From an uncultured Nitrospiraceae bacterium (GTDB lineage: Bacteria > Nitrospirota > Nitrospiria > Nitrospirales > Nitrospiraceae), in contig CAVSTP010000004.1 of assembly GCA_963730935.1 (NCBI GenBank), forward strand, positions 672,001 to 736,000: a stretch of 64,000 bases of DNA, written 5' to 3'. A program made the position numbers and the translations under genes. Under the pieces are notes generated by a model. That model was given only the letters and a program-made list of their open reading frames with translations. It was not told the origin of the DNA and did not search any database. Positions 41,444 through 52,096 of the stretch are shown piece by piece. How positions within the stretch are numbered: position 1 is the first letter of the stretch; each line of letters starts with the position of its first letter.

Positions 41444-42204
41444 GACAACGTCAGGAGCAACGGCATGAGGAGAACGAAGCTCACTTCGATGAGCTCGTTG
41501 GTCGCTCCAAGCGTATCGCCGGTGATGCCGCCGAGAAGGTGGCGGTAGAAGACCGTGGCGAGCCGGCTGAACAGACCTCCGAACAATACGGCGGCCAGCG
41601 CAGGCACGGCACCGAAGGACCAGACCATCAGACACAGGACAACGACGGTCGCCCCAAGGACGTGCTTCGCCGAGAGATGTGCGAGAAACGGCGCAGCCAG
41701 GCCTCCCTCTGCTCGTGCGTAGGAGGCGCCATAGGCTCCGACGACCATGCCCCAGCGTCCGATGGCCGGCATGCATAACAGAACAGGAAACCTCAACGCC
41801 TCCGGCAGAGACACGAGCGCGCCGTAACGCAGGATCAATGAAAGAAAGAGGCCAGTCGCACCAATGGCTCCGATGCGGGGATCCCTCATAATGGTCAGGC
41901 GATCGGAGACCGTGCGGCCTCCGGCCAAGCCGTCGAGGGTGTCGGCCAGCCCGTCCTGATGGAGGCCACGGGTCATGGCGACAAGCACAAGAATGAGCAG
42001 CGCGGCGACCGCCTCGCGCGGCAGCCATCGCGCCAGGAGCACATCCGTCATCGCCAGGAGCCCCCCAAGAAGAACGCCCACGAAGGGGTACCACAACATC
42101 GATCCGGCTAATTCATCAGGAGCCGGATCATGGAAGTCCCGACTCACAGGCACCGCCGTCAGAAATTGCCAGGCACAAACCAATGGCTTCAGATGGGTCG
42201 TCAC
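41440..42204 (-). CDS. cobS: Cobalamin synthase
   Basis: GLHQDGLADTLDG, MRDPRIG, GGITGDTLGA motifs. Confidence 0.93.
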   Translation of the reverse strand: MTTHLKPLVCAWQFLTAVPVSRDFHDPAPDELAGSMLWYPFVGVLLGGLLAMTDVLLARWLPREAVAALLILVLVAMTRGLHQDGLADTLDGLAGGRTVSDRLTIMRDPRIGAIGATGLFLSLILRYGALVSLPEALRFPVLLCMPAIGRWGMVVGAYGASYARAEGGLAAPFLAHLSAKHVLGATVVVLCLMVWSFGAVPALAAVLFGGLFSRLATVFYRHLLGGITGDTLGATNELIEVSFVLLMPLLLTLS

Positions 42205-43256
42205 GCGTTCCGTCCCGAAACACCGGCCTCACCGAAGGTCGCCATTTCCGTCAGGATCTTGATCGCGGCCTGGACAAGTCCGATTCCCAGACAGGCCCCC
42301 GTCCCCTCTCCCAACCGCAGATCGAGATCGAAAAGCGGCTTCAATTGTAGTCTTTCGAGAAGCACTCGATGACCTCGTTCAACGGACCGGTGAGAGGCGA
42401 TCATGTATTGCCGACAGCGCGGCTGCAACCCAACCGCGATCGCTGCGGCGGCTCCGGAGATGAATCCATCCAAGACGACGGGCACACGCGCTGCGGCGCT
42501 GCCCAACATGACGCCGGTCATCCCGGCAATCTCAAGACCGCCGACTTTTGACAGGACATCCATGGCGTCGTGTGGATCCGGCCGATGACAGGCCAGCGCC
42601 CGCTCGATCACGGACACCTTTCGCACGAGGCGGTGCTCGTCGATTCCAGTTCCCAAGCCGGTCACATCCTTCACCGCCTCTCCGGTCATGACCGCGGCAA
42701 TCGCCGCGCTTGCGGTGGTGTTCCCGATGCCCATTTCACCTGTGCCGATCAGCCCGATGCCTTGACGAGCCGCGTCGGCAGCGATCTCGATGCCGATCAT
42801 GACCGCTTGTTCCGCCGTGGTTCGATCCATGGCGGGAGTGTGAAGCATATTTCGAGTGCCCATCATCAACTTGCGGTGCGTGAGTCCGGTGATGGGCCCG
42901 AAATCATGGGCCACCCCGATGTCGACGACACGGACCTCGACGTCCGCATGGCGGGCCAGAACATTGACCCCGGCGCCGCCCCGGAGAAAATTCAGCACCA
43001 TCTGCGCCGTCACGTCCCGAGGATAGGCGCTGACGCCTTCTTCCACCACACCGTGATCCGCAGCAAAGGTCACCACCATGGCCCGTGGCACCGCGGGCTT
43101 GCGTTCCGCGGTGATCGCGCAGTATTGCACGGCCAATTCCTCGAGTCGGCCTAAACTGCCCTGGGGTTTCGTCAGCCGATCCAGCCGTCGCTGCGTTTCT
43201 GCGGCAACACCTGCATCGGTGTCTTCTATCTGCGCTAACGCTTCGGTCAGGTTCAT
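42201..43256 (-). CDS. cobT: Nicotinate-nucleotide-dimethylbenzimidazole phosphoribosyltransferase
   Basis: LTKPQGSLGRLE, GEMGIGNTT, LRLGEGTGA motifs. Confidence 0.95.
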   Translation of the reverse strand: MNLTEALAQIEDTDAGVAAETQRRLDRLTKPQGSLGRLEELAVQYCAITAERKPAVPRAMVVTFAADHGVVEEGVSAYPRDVTAQMVLNFLRGGAGVNVLARHADVEVRVVDIGVAHDFGPITGLTHRKLMMGTRNMLHTPAMDRTTAEQAVMIGIEIAADAARQGIGLIGTGEMGIGNTTASAAIAAVMTGEAVKDVTGLGTGIDEHRLVRKVSVIERALACHRPDPHDAMDVLSKVGGLEIAGMTGVMLGSAAARVPVVLDGFISGAAAAIAVGLQPRCRQYMIASHRSVERGHRVLLERLQLKPLFDLDLRLGEGTGACLGIGLVQAAIKILTEMATFGEAGVSGRNA

Positions 43257-43810
43257 GGCTCCTCTTCTTTCAAAGGAATGAGTAATCCACTCACGACGAA
43301 ATAGGCGTCATCCGCCTCTTGAGCGACGAGGCGATTGACTTCCCCGCCCAATTCACGGAAACGGCGCGATGCCGCGTCAACGGGAACCACGCCCATACCC
43401 AACTCATTCGACACCAGCACCACCCGTCCTCCGATTCGTCGGATCATGCGGAGCAATGCCTTCGTCTCCTCGATGATTTCGCGTTCTTTCGTCCCCCGCT
43501 CGCGGTGATTCGAGAGCCACATGGTCAAACAATCGACCAACATGACGCGATAGTTTCGTCCCTGTTCCTCGAACCATGCGCTCAGCTCGAGCGGCACTTC
43601 CGCCGTCACCCATGCCGATGCTCTCGACTGCCGGTGCCGAGCGATCTTCATGGTCATTTCTTCGTCCAGCCCTTCACCAGTCGCCACAAAGGCACGCGAC
43701 GCTGTCTTGGCGATTCCCCTGGCGGCCAGGCGCAGCGCCGCCTCGCTTTTCCCCGATGAGGCACCCCCGACGAGGAACACCAACTGAGATCGCCTGCGAC
43801 GGAGAGCCAT
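43253..43810 (-). CDS. cobU: Adenosylcobinamide kinase/guanylyltransferase
   Basis: GGASSGKS, DCLTMWLSN, VSNELGMG motifs. Confidence 0.93.
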   Translation of the reverse strand: MALRRRRSQLVFLVGGASSGKSEAALRLAARGIAKTASRAFVATGEGLDEEMTMKIARHRQSRASAWVTAEVPLELSAWFEEQGRNYRVMLVDCLTMWLSNHRERGTKEREIIEETKALLRMIRRIGGRVVLVSNELGMGVVPVDAASRRFRELGGEVNRLVAQEADDAYFVVSGLLIPLKEEEP

Positions 43811-43813
43811 CGT

Positions 43814-45310
43814 CTACACTCCTTGCTCCAGAAGCCGATCAATCAGGGATAGGTCGAGATGCCGTTCCACGAAATCGGCCAAGCGGTCCAATCTGGCATC
43901 GAGCGAAAGGCGCTGAGTCTCTGGAAGCCCCGTCCATCCTTTTGACTCCCTTAAGCGGTTTACCCACCAGCGGCGAAATGGCGCCTGATCGAAGATCCCA
44001 TGGAGATAGGTTCCAAAGAGCCGGCCGCCGTGAAGGCACATCCCCTCGGGCCAGTGCTCCGAGCTATCGTTCACTGTCAGTTCAAGGAATGGCTGCGCGT
44101 CCGATGGAACGACGGTTCGTCCCATTCGTACCTGATAGCCCACAACAGAACATCCGCTCTCGGCATGCCAGCCTGATGTCTGTACGACGATCTTAGGAAC
44201 GGCAAAGGTCGTCTCGACTGGAAGCAACCCCAGACCGTCCACGTCTCTATGAGATGATTCTAGACATTCAGGATCGCGAATGACCTTGCCCAACAGTTGA
44301 TAGCCGCCGCAGATGCCGCCCACCGCCCCGCCTGCGGCCAAGACGCGATGCGCCAGACGATCGAGACCTCGCTCACGCACGAAGCGCAATGCTTGGATTG
44401 TCTGCTTCGAACCTGGAAAGATGACGGCATCCAATGGACGGTCGGTCGCTTCACTGAGTCGAACCACTTCGACATCCGGCTCTCCCGTCAACGGTTCGAA
44501 GTCCGTGAAATTGGAAATGCCGGGCACATCGGCGATCCCGATCACGACCCGATCGGCTCTCTCGGGCGCTCGCCGCTGCCAACCATCCCATCCCAAGGCA
44601 TCCTCTTCGGGCAGATCCAAGTCGCCCCAGTGCGGAAGCACGCCGGCGCAGGGCAATCCCGTTTCGCGGGACACACGTTCGAGTCCATCGTGAAGCAGGG
44701 TCGTCTCACCACGGAATTTATTGATGGCGAACGCCTTCAGGTGCCGTCGGTCGGATTCATCGAGCAGAGCCCAGGTCCCCACAAGTGAGGCGAACACGCC
44801 CCCTCGCTCGATGTCACCGACAAGCAGTACCGGCGCCCTGGCATAATGCGCCATCTGCATGTTGACGACGTCGCAGTGCCGCAAGTTGACTTCAGCCGGA
44901 CTGCCGGCGCCCTCAAGCACCACGACATCGAAGGCTTGGGAAAGGCGTTGAAAGGCCTCCTGCGCCGCACTCCAATACTCCCGACGCACGAGACCAAAAT
45001 CCTTCGCGGACAAGGATCCAGTCACCTCTCCTCCAACGACAAGTTGCGCTGTCGTTTGAGATTCTGGCTTGATCAGGATCGGATTGAAGTCGGCTCGGGG
45101 AGGCAGGTGACAGGCCGCCGCTTGGACCGCCTGTGCCCGGCCAATTTCTTTGCCATCCGGCGTGACGAAGGAATTGTTGGACATGTTCTGAGCTTTGAAG
45201 GGCGCGACGCGCAGCCCCCGGCGGAGAAACGATCGGCACAAGGCCGCCGTGAGTACGGACTTTCCGACATGAGAGGCGGTTCCCTGAATCATGATTGTCC
45301 GCGCCGGCAT
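43814..45310 (-). CDS. cobQ: Cobyric acid synthase
   Basis: GTASHVGKS, PFKAQNMS, EGAGSPAE, GICGGYQ, GTYLHG motifs. Confidence 0.95.
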   Translation of the reverse strand: MPARTIMIQGTASHVGKSVLTAALCRSFLRRGLRVAPFKAQNMSNNSFVTPDGKEIGRAQAVQAAACHLPPRADFNPILIKPESQTTAQLVVGGEVTGSLSAKDFGLVRREYWSAAQEAFQRLSQAFDVVVLEGAGSPAEVNLRHCDVVNMQMAHYARAPVLLVGDIERGGVFASLVGTWALLDESDRRHLKAFAINKFRGETTLLHDGLERVSRETGLPCAGVLPHWGDLDLPEEDALGWDGWQRRAPERADRVVIGIADVPGISNFTDFEPLTGEPDVEVVRLSEATDRPLDAVIFPGSKQTIQALRFVRERGLDRLAHRVLAAGGAVGGICGGYQLLGKVIRDPECLESSHRDVDGLGLLPVETTFAVPKIVVQTSGWHAESGCSVVGYQVRMGRTVVPSDAQPFLELTVNDSSEHWPEGMCLHGGRLFGTYLHGIFDQAPFRRWWVNRLRESKGWTGLPETQRLSLDARLDRLADFVERHLDLSLIDRLLEQGV

Positions 45311-45314
45311 ATTT

Positions 45315-45911
45315 CTATTTCTCCTCGTCCGAGCCGTCGGTTTCCCGTTCCCACAGAAATTCCGGTTCTCCTTGTGTCTTGGCCACCCATCGAGCCCAGA
45401 CAAAGAGCGCATCGCTCAGGCGATTCAAAAATTTGATGATCTCCGCATCGAGCGTTTCTTCCCTGGCCAAGCGAACGCAGATTCGTTCGGCCCGGCGACA
45501 GATCGTCCTAGCCTGATGCAGCGTCGCCGCCACTTTGCCGCCACCTGGCAGAATGAACTCTTTGAGCGGCGGCAACTCTTTCTGGCAGCGATCCATCATG
45601 CGCTCAAGTCGAGTGGCATCCTGCGCCTTGATCGTCGGCATGTTCTTGAAGACCTGTCCCGGAGCGGTCGCCAGTATGCCGCCGAGATCGAACAGCTTGT
45701 TCTGCACCCAGCGAAGATCCTGTTCCAACTGTTTGGCCGACGCGCGACCAACCTCCGCGTTCATCGCCCGTACCAGCCCGACCGAGGCATTCAATTCATC
45801 CACCGTGCCATACGCCTCGACGCGCAGACTGTCTTTGGAGACCTGTTGTCCGCCGGCCAGCCGAGTACGACCCGCGTCACCGGTTCTCGTGTACACCTTG
45901 GTAATTCGCAC
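45315..45911 (-). CDS. pduO: PduO-type ATP:corrinoid adenosyltransferase
   Basis: YTRTGD.G.T, YGTVDELN, RRAER, LNRLSD motifs. Confidence 0.92.
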   Translation of the reverse strand: MRITKVYTRTGDAGRTRLAGGQQVSKDSLRVEAYGTVDELNASVGLVRAMNAEVGRASAKQLEQDLRWVQNKLFDLGGILATAPGQVFKNMPTIKAQDATRLERMMDRCQKELPPLKEFILPGGGKVAATLHQARTICRRAERICVRLAREETLDAEIIKFLNRLSDALFVWARWVAKTQGEPEFLWERETDGSDEEK

Positions 45912-45920
45912 CGTTCCCCC

Positions 45921-46127
45921 TCATTGCGGTTTCGTGACAGATGCGGGGCCGAGCCTGCCTTCGACCACATGTTGAAGACAAATCGGGCAGAGGCAATCAT
46001 GGAACGACTTTTCGATCCAATCCATCTGCTGTTGGGTAACCACCATCTTCCCGCACCAGCATTGGTATCCGCCGCACTCGAACACTTGCCCGCAGTTCTC
46101 GCAGGTTTTGTTAACCGGCCCTCTCAA
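45921..46127 (-). CDS. Cysteine-rich CWC family protein
   Basis: CENCG..F.C...CWC...CLCPICL. Confidence 0.8.
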   Translation of the reverse strand: MRGPVNKTCENCGQVFECGGYQCWCGKMVVTQQQMDWIEKSFHDCLCPICLQHVVEGRLGPASVTKPQ

Positions 46128-46723
46128 AACTCGACTCCCGGCTGCGCCTTGATGCCTTTCCGAAATGGATGCTTTATTTGTTTCATTTCAGTGACGAGGT
46201 CGGCTTCTTCGGTCAACATGTCGTTGGCGCCTCGGCCTGTGATGACGACATGTTGCCTCGAAGGACGGGCGCGAAGCACCGGCAAGACCTCTGCCACATT
46301 GACGTAGTCATATTGCAAGGCGATATTAAACTCGTCGAGAATGACCATCGCATAGGAAGAATCGCTCAGGAATTCGCAGGCCTTTCCCCATGCAAGACGG
46401 GCGAATCTCGTATCTCTCTCGCGATCTTGCGTTTCCCAGGTATAGCCTTCTCCCATCCGAAGAAAGACCACTCGATCGCCGAAAGACTTCAACGCGCGCT
46501 CTTCGGCCGTATCGATAGCGCCCTTGATGAACTGCACCACCGCAACTCTCATCCCATGACCAACACACCGTAGTGCCATACCTAACGCAGCGGTCGTCTT
46601 TCCCTTGCCGGCGCCCGTATAGAGGATCAGTAGGCCTTTCTCCTCTTGAGCGGTTTCGATCCGCCGATCCACCGACGCCTTCAGCCGCTCCATTCTCGCC
46701 TTATGTTCAGCTTGATTCGTCAT
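46124..46723 (-). CDS. cobO: CobO/BtuR-type corrinoid adenosyltransferase
   Basis: TGAGKGKTTAA, QFIKG, LDE, TGR, KHPF motifs. Confidence 0.94.
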   Translation of the reverse strand: MTNQAEHKARMERLKASVDRRIETAQEEKGLLILYTGAGKGKTTAALGMALRCVGHGMRVAVVQFIKGAIDTAEERALKSFGDRVVFLRMGEGYTWETQDRERDTRFARLAWGKACEFLSDSSYAMVILDEFNIALQYDYVNVAEVLPVLRARPSRQHVVITGRGANDMLTEEADLVTEMKQIKHPFRKGIKAQPGVEF

Positions 46724-46725
46724 CG

Positions 46726-48132
46726 TTAAAATCCACGCCGCAGTCCGCCACCCTGAAACAGACGGGACCGACGTGCAGCCGCGAGCAAGCCCTTGGCAAT
46801 TTGTGGCTGACTCGCAAAATGCAGATGCGTGTAGCAGGCGAGAACGTTGCCCATCATGAGACCATCCTGTCCGGTTAATTGCCCTCGTGCATCACGCAGT
46901 TCACAGGCATATGTAAGAGATCCTTTGGGGACTAACGTCGAATAGTGGAACTCGTGCCCTCTGGCGGTCAGCCCTGCTGCACCAAGCGCACAATCCCGTG
47001 AACAGGCCATCGTCCGATAGCCCAACGTCATTGATGATTTCTGCATCACTGCTTCAGCCGAAAACAGTCCGACCATTTCGTGTGAACGGCCATCGAAGCC
47101 TCTGATAGCCTCTGTGAGGTACATCATGCCTCCGCACTCCCCGTACACGACCCCACCCCGTTCTGCGAACGAGCGGACCGCTCGCCGCATAGCAACGTTG
47201 CTAGCAAGTGTGTCGCCATACAGCTCCGGATAGCCGCCTCCCAAATACAGCATATCGACACTCGGCAATGCATGGTCGCTGATTGGCGAGAACTTCACCA
47301 GTTCGGCGCCTTCGGCCTCCAATAATTCAAGATTCTCCAGATAATAGAAGCAAAACGCGGGATCATAGGCAAGGCCGACACGAACCTTCCTCTCCCCGCC
47401 CTTGGGCGGAGAAAGGGCCTCGAGCGTTGACGGAAACCCTTCGGCCGACCGAGCCAAGGATTCGATGAGGTCTAAGTCGATTGTGTCCATGGCAGCTTTT
47501 GCCAGTTGATCGTACAACTTCGCCGACTTCTGCTCGACGGCCATGACCAGACCAAGGTGTCGATCTTGTATGGTAACGGATGGATCTGGCTGGAGGTAGC
47601 CTACGACGCTCACGTCCGTTCCTGTCTCGACGGCATCCTTCAACAGTCGGTAATGACCTTCATTGCTGACACGATTGAACAAGACCCCAGCGACCGGCAG
47701 CGCGGAATCAAATTTCGCATAGCCCGATACCAACGCGGCGACCGAACGGGCCATGGCACTCCCATCGACCACGAGCAAGACCGGAGCTTGCAACTGCTTG
47801 GCAAGTTCGGCTGTGCTCCCTGTTTCATTGATCGCGGAGCTCCCATCAAACAGCCCCATCATCCCCTCTATAATGGAGAGATCAGCATCGGCCGCTGCCC
47901 GCGTGAAGCTGCCGCGATTAAAAGCCGCTCCCAACATCCAGGAATCCAGATTGCGTGAAGGCCGACCGGTGATCGCCGTGTGATGACTGGGGTCGATAAA
48001 ATCCGGTCCCGCCTTGAAGGCTTGCACGCGGCGGCCACGGCGTTTCAAGGCCGCCAGCAGCGCCAATGTCACCGTCGTCTTGCCGACACCACTATGAGTT
48101 CCGGCGACGATTATTCGTGGATAAAGGTTCAT
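46726..48132 (-). CDS. cbiA: Cobyrinate a,c-diamide synthase (CbiA/CobB)
   Basis: SGVGKT, K.GPDFIDP, EGMMGLFDG, GGGYPE, ECGG, HEFHYS motifs. Confidence 0.94.
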   Translation of the reverse strand: MNLYPRIIVAGTHSGVGKTTVTLALLAALKRRGRRVQAFKAGPDFIDPSHHTAITGRPSRNLDSWMLGAAFNRGSFTRAAADADLSIIEGMMGLFDGSSAINETGSTAELAKQLQAPVLLVVDGSAMARSVAALVSGYAKFDSALPVAGVLFNRVSNEGHYRLLKDAVETGTDVSVVGYLQPDPSVTIQDRHLGLVMAVEQKSAKLYDQLAKAAMDTIDLDLIESLARSAEGFPSTLEALSPPKGGERKVRVGLAYDPAFCFYYLENLELLEAEGAELVKFSPISDHALPSVDMLYLGGGYPELYGDTLASNVAMRRAVRSFAERGGVVYGECGGMMYLTEAIRGFDGRSHEMVGLFSAEAVMQKSSMTLGYRTMACSRDCALGAAGLTARGHEFHYSTLVPKGSLTYACELRDARGQLTGQDGLMMGNVLACYTHLHFASQPQIAKGLLAAARRSRLFQGGGLRRGF

Positions 48133-48138
48133 TGGATG

Positions 48139-50156
48139 TCACAGGGGCACATCAAAATTGACTCGTACGCCTCCAAACACCGACTGGATCGGAGTGCCGA
48201 AGAACAACACCTCTTCATACTTCCGATTGAAAATATTGTCCGCCCGTCCGTAAATCTGAACCGTCTTAGTGACGTCATAGGTGAACGAGGCATTCCACAC
48301 GTAGAAATGCGGAAGCGACTCGACATTGCTGGTATCGTTAAAACGCTGCCCGACAAATCGCCCTTCCAGATTCGCGCGCAACGCTTCGATAGGTTGGTAA
48401 CTTAGTATGGTAGACCATTGATTGAGAGGCCACTTGGGTAGGCGTGTGTCGGCATTGTCCGTCAAGTTTTCTGTACTCGTATACGTGTACTGAAACTGCA
48501 GATCCAAACTCTTGATCCATGGCCGGTCACGAACAAGCTGAACCTTTGCACTGGCTTCGATTCCCTCCGCCCTTGAGGTGCCGATGTTCTGCGCGCAGAA
48601 CCCCTGCGTGTCTGGGATAGCGGCACACCCCACGGGATCGAACACTGAGAGAATGAGATTTTGATACCGATTCCAGAAGTATCCCGCACTGAGAAATACG
48701 CGATCATTGAGCAAAGACTGTTCGAGCGCAATATCCAGCCCTTTGCTTTTTTCCGGTTTCAAATTGGGATTGCCGAAACCCGGGAAAAATAGTTGATTGA
48801 TGGTCGGTGCCCGAAAGCCGGTCCCGTAGCTCCCTCGTAACTTGGTGCCGGTCTCTTTGTGGAGATATCCAGCCGTGACGCGATAGGTCGTCGCGCTACC
48901 GAAAACATTGTACTCGTCCTGCCTAATGCCCGCCGTTCCAAATAGTCGATCCCAGAGATTCAATTTTGCCTCGGCAAATCCTGCATTGCTGCTGACTATT
49001 TTGGTTGGTATGGTAGTAGCGCCCGTCAGCGTATCCAGATTCTCTCCCAGCTGTTCGCGAAATTGATAACCGGCGGTGACCGCCAGAGGCTTGGCGATCT
49101 GAAAATCGTGCTGCCATTCAATGCGATTGCTGGTCGTATTGATTTCTGAGGCAGTCTGAAATGGGATGTCCTCCACGCCCGTCACGAGATTGCGCTGAAA
49201 ACTTCCCAGATATGAGGTCAGACTCTCCGTTGCGCGCGCCAGGGTCAGCTTTTGCGACCACCATTTCGTAAAAGGTTGAGTGTAGCTGCCCGAATAGACA
49301 TACTGCTGACTTGTGGATTTGGCGCCCAACACGTCAGCTGGATCTGAAGTGAATGTAGCCGGGTTAAATGCAAACCCATCAAAATTAGTGATCCCGTCCA
49401 TCCAGCGGAAATTAAACTCCAGCCGTCCGTCATTCGGCAGGTCCACGCCGAGCCTGACGGACCCTTGCCAGTTATGAAATCCGTCACGTTCTGATGCGCC
49501 GCGGCGATAGTTGATGGCGGAGAAACTCGACGCGTCCCAGCGTGTGAGCGCCGCGCCAAATCGACCGGTCCCTTTTTCCCTGATAGCTGGCACCTTCCCG
49601 GATCGTCGAAAACGAACCATACTCCGAAAACGCAGAGATTTCCGAGTTTCGCGTCCTCGCTTTGTGGTGATATTGATCACGCCACCCATCGCATCCGCTC
49701 CCCACAACATGCTCTGGCTGCCTCGAAGGATTTCGATCCGCTCGATGTTGTCGGTGGTCAAATTGGCAAAATGTAGGACCCATCGTGGCGCTGTTCATGA
49801 TCGCGCCGTCGATCACCACCAGCACCTGATCTGGCGTCCCTCCCCGCATGCGTACTCGACATGAGTGCCCGGCCCGCCATTCGGAAGACGGTGAGTCCCC
49901 TGGCTGAGACGCAGCGCATCCACAACGGTCTTCACCTTCCGACGCTGCATTTCCTCGCCGGTAATGACTTCCACGGCGCTTGTCACTTGGTTGACCGGAA
50001 CTGCTGTCTTCGTTGCAGAAATGACCACTTCCTGCGTTTCGATCTCGCCGGTTGATCGGCCATGGCCACTTCCTCGGCGATGCGGGTTGAAGATCAAGGC
50101 GGAAGCACAGAACGACAACAACATACCGCACACAGAAGACGAAGGACTCCACGCAT
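48139..50156 (-). CDS. btuB: TonB-dependent corrinoid receptor (5' part frameshifted)
   Basis: EVVISATK TonB box, plug motifs and IERIEILRG split over three frames; beta-barrel intact; directly behind a cobalamin riboswitch. Confidence 0.85.
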
Positions 50157-50195
50157 AGAAACCTCCCTTTGACTCGAAGGGCTATGTCGAAACGT

Positions 50196-50375
50196 CCGTC
50201 GGTTGGGTCTCCTGACTCGCGGATCGTCGTTTCCCTGCGCCTTCCCATGTGCCGAAGCACACAGTGGCATTGTGCAGGGTCACTCCCCGCTTACAGTGGC
50301 GGCACCGTGATGGATTTGCACCATCTTCCCCGGCGCTGACGGTCTATCCCTGATAAACCCTCCACACGACAGGAC
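50196..50375 (-). promoter_or_regulatory. Cobalamin riboswitch upstream of btuB
   Basis: Minus strand GGGAAGATGGTGCAAATCCATCACGGTGCCGCCACTGTAA...GCCACTG...TGGGAAGGC...GAGTCAGGAGACC (B12 box). Confidence 0.92.
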
Positions 50376-50445
50376 GCGCGCTAGTGATGACGGTCTTAGA
50401 AAAGAGAAGCGCGCATTCTCTTTCTATCTGTCGTAAGCTTCTCAC

Positions 50446-51214
50446 CTATTCCCCTAGATACTCGACGCGATATTCAGTGGAAAGCGGAGCCATCGCGCGA
50501 AAATCCCAGTCAAAGGTCAGGACAGCGGAACGTTCGGAGCTATGGGAAAGGGTACGTTTCCCATCTTTCACGACAAGACTGGGAGCCTTCCAAAATCGAA
50601 TGTCCTCTCTGCGCCAGTTCGGTTGCAGACTAATAACGGAAGACCTGTTTCCCGCGTTCGCTGCTCCCACTCGCCATTTGGCCCGTGGATCCCCGGCCCC
50701 CAAGAAGCCGCCGAAACTAGCATTTGAGCGCCCTTAGACTTCAGTTCGTCAGTAATATTCCGCGTGTACAGATCGCTGCAAATGGGGAGGCCGACACGGA
50801 TGCCATCACATTCAACTGGAGCGACGACGTCTCCGGGACTTGACCAAGACAAGGAATCGCTCGCGACATTTATTTTCCGATGTTTGCCGACGACTTCGCC
50901 ACGTGGATTGATGACGAACACTGAGTTGTAGAGCTTCTCTGCATCCCGATCAGGACAAGAAATGAAGACGGTCCGCTTTAAACCTTTCACAAGCCGACAG
51001 AACTGTTGCATCCATGCGTCTGGTTGCGGCTGTATCCAGTCAGTGCCAATAATCGGCACAAACTGGAGCCCACACACGGCAAGTTCGGAGCAATTATCCA
51101 CTGTGCGCCTTGGAAAGCGGCATGTTTGACGCCCTCAACAATGACATACCGGTTGCGTTTGATGTCGCCAGGAACCAAGGAGATGTGAAGAAACGCAATT
51201 CTGCCTGAAGTCAT
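50446..51214 (-). CDS. Carbon-nitrogen hydrolase (nitrilase superfamily), two frameshifts
   Basis: Joining three ORF pieces gives the Glu-Lys-Cys triad: AP/ELAVCG, KHRKI, ICSD. Confidence 0.8.
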
Positions 51215-51215
51215 T

Positions 51216-52096
51216 TCAAGCGCCCGCAGTGTCGCGCCCCGGCAGCGTCACTCGAGGCAACCCAGAACGCGGGTGCTGTCAACCAGCACTTGGCACCGAT
51301 ACACCGCCTCCAATACCTCCGGCCGAATCACGTCGTCGGGAGTACCAAGCCGAAACACCTGTCCACGATCCAAGAGCATGAGCCGGTCGCAATACTGGCT
51401 GGCCACATTTAAATCATGGGAAACCAAGACGACTGTGAGGCCGCGCTCCTCCTTCAACCGGTTCAGCACTGAACAAATCTCAATTTGGTGTTGCAGGTCA
51501 AGAAAGGCGGTGGGCTCATCAAGCAAGAGCACGCGAGGATCCTGTGCGAGAGCTCGGGCAATGATTACACGTTGACGCTCTCCGCCGGAGAGTTCCGTAA
51601 CCGAGCGCTCGGCGAGGTGCCACACGTCCATCGTTTTCATCGCCTGCTGCGCAACGGCACGATCATCCGGACTATCCCAACCAAATCCCCAGTCCCAAAC
51701 CGTTCGGTGGTGATGAGGGAATCTGCCCATGAGCACGGTCTCGGCCACGGTGAATGGTAACGTCTGCGAAGAATCCTGGGGAACGAACGCAACGCTTTGT
51801 GCGACAGCCTCCTGCCGTAGATCGGACATTGAGCTCCCGAACAACGCCACCGATCCTTGTTGCACCGGAACCACCTTCCCAAGCAGCTTCAGCAACGATG
51901 TCTTCCCGGAACTGTTCGGGCCGACAATGCCCAGCATCTCTCCTGCTTCTACAAAAAAGCTCACGTCACTGAGAACCTCCCGCAGAGTCCCAGAGCCTGA
52001 GCCTCCATACTGAAAATGGAGTCCTTGGACCTCGTAGACCCGCCCGGTGGTGCTCAGAGGATCCCTCGATCTATCGACGCTCTGAGCCTGGTTCAC
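51216..52096 (-). CDS. btuD: Corrinoid ABC transporter ATPase (3' frameshift near 51280)
   Basis: GPNSSGKT, LSGGERQR, LLDEPT, SHD; C-terminus HPRSGLPRV lies in another frame ending at 51216. Confidence 0.85.

Noticed and set aside
40490..42094. 534-aa ORF suggesting an N-terminally extended CbiB
   Set aside because: The extension overlaps cobS in another frame; the true start at 41443 forms an ATGA overlap with the cobS stop
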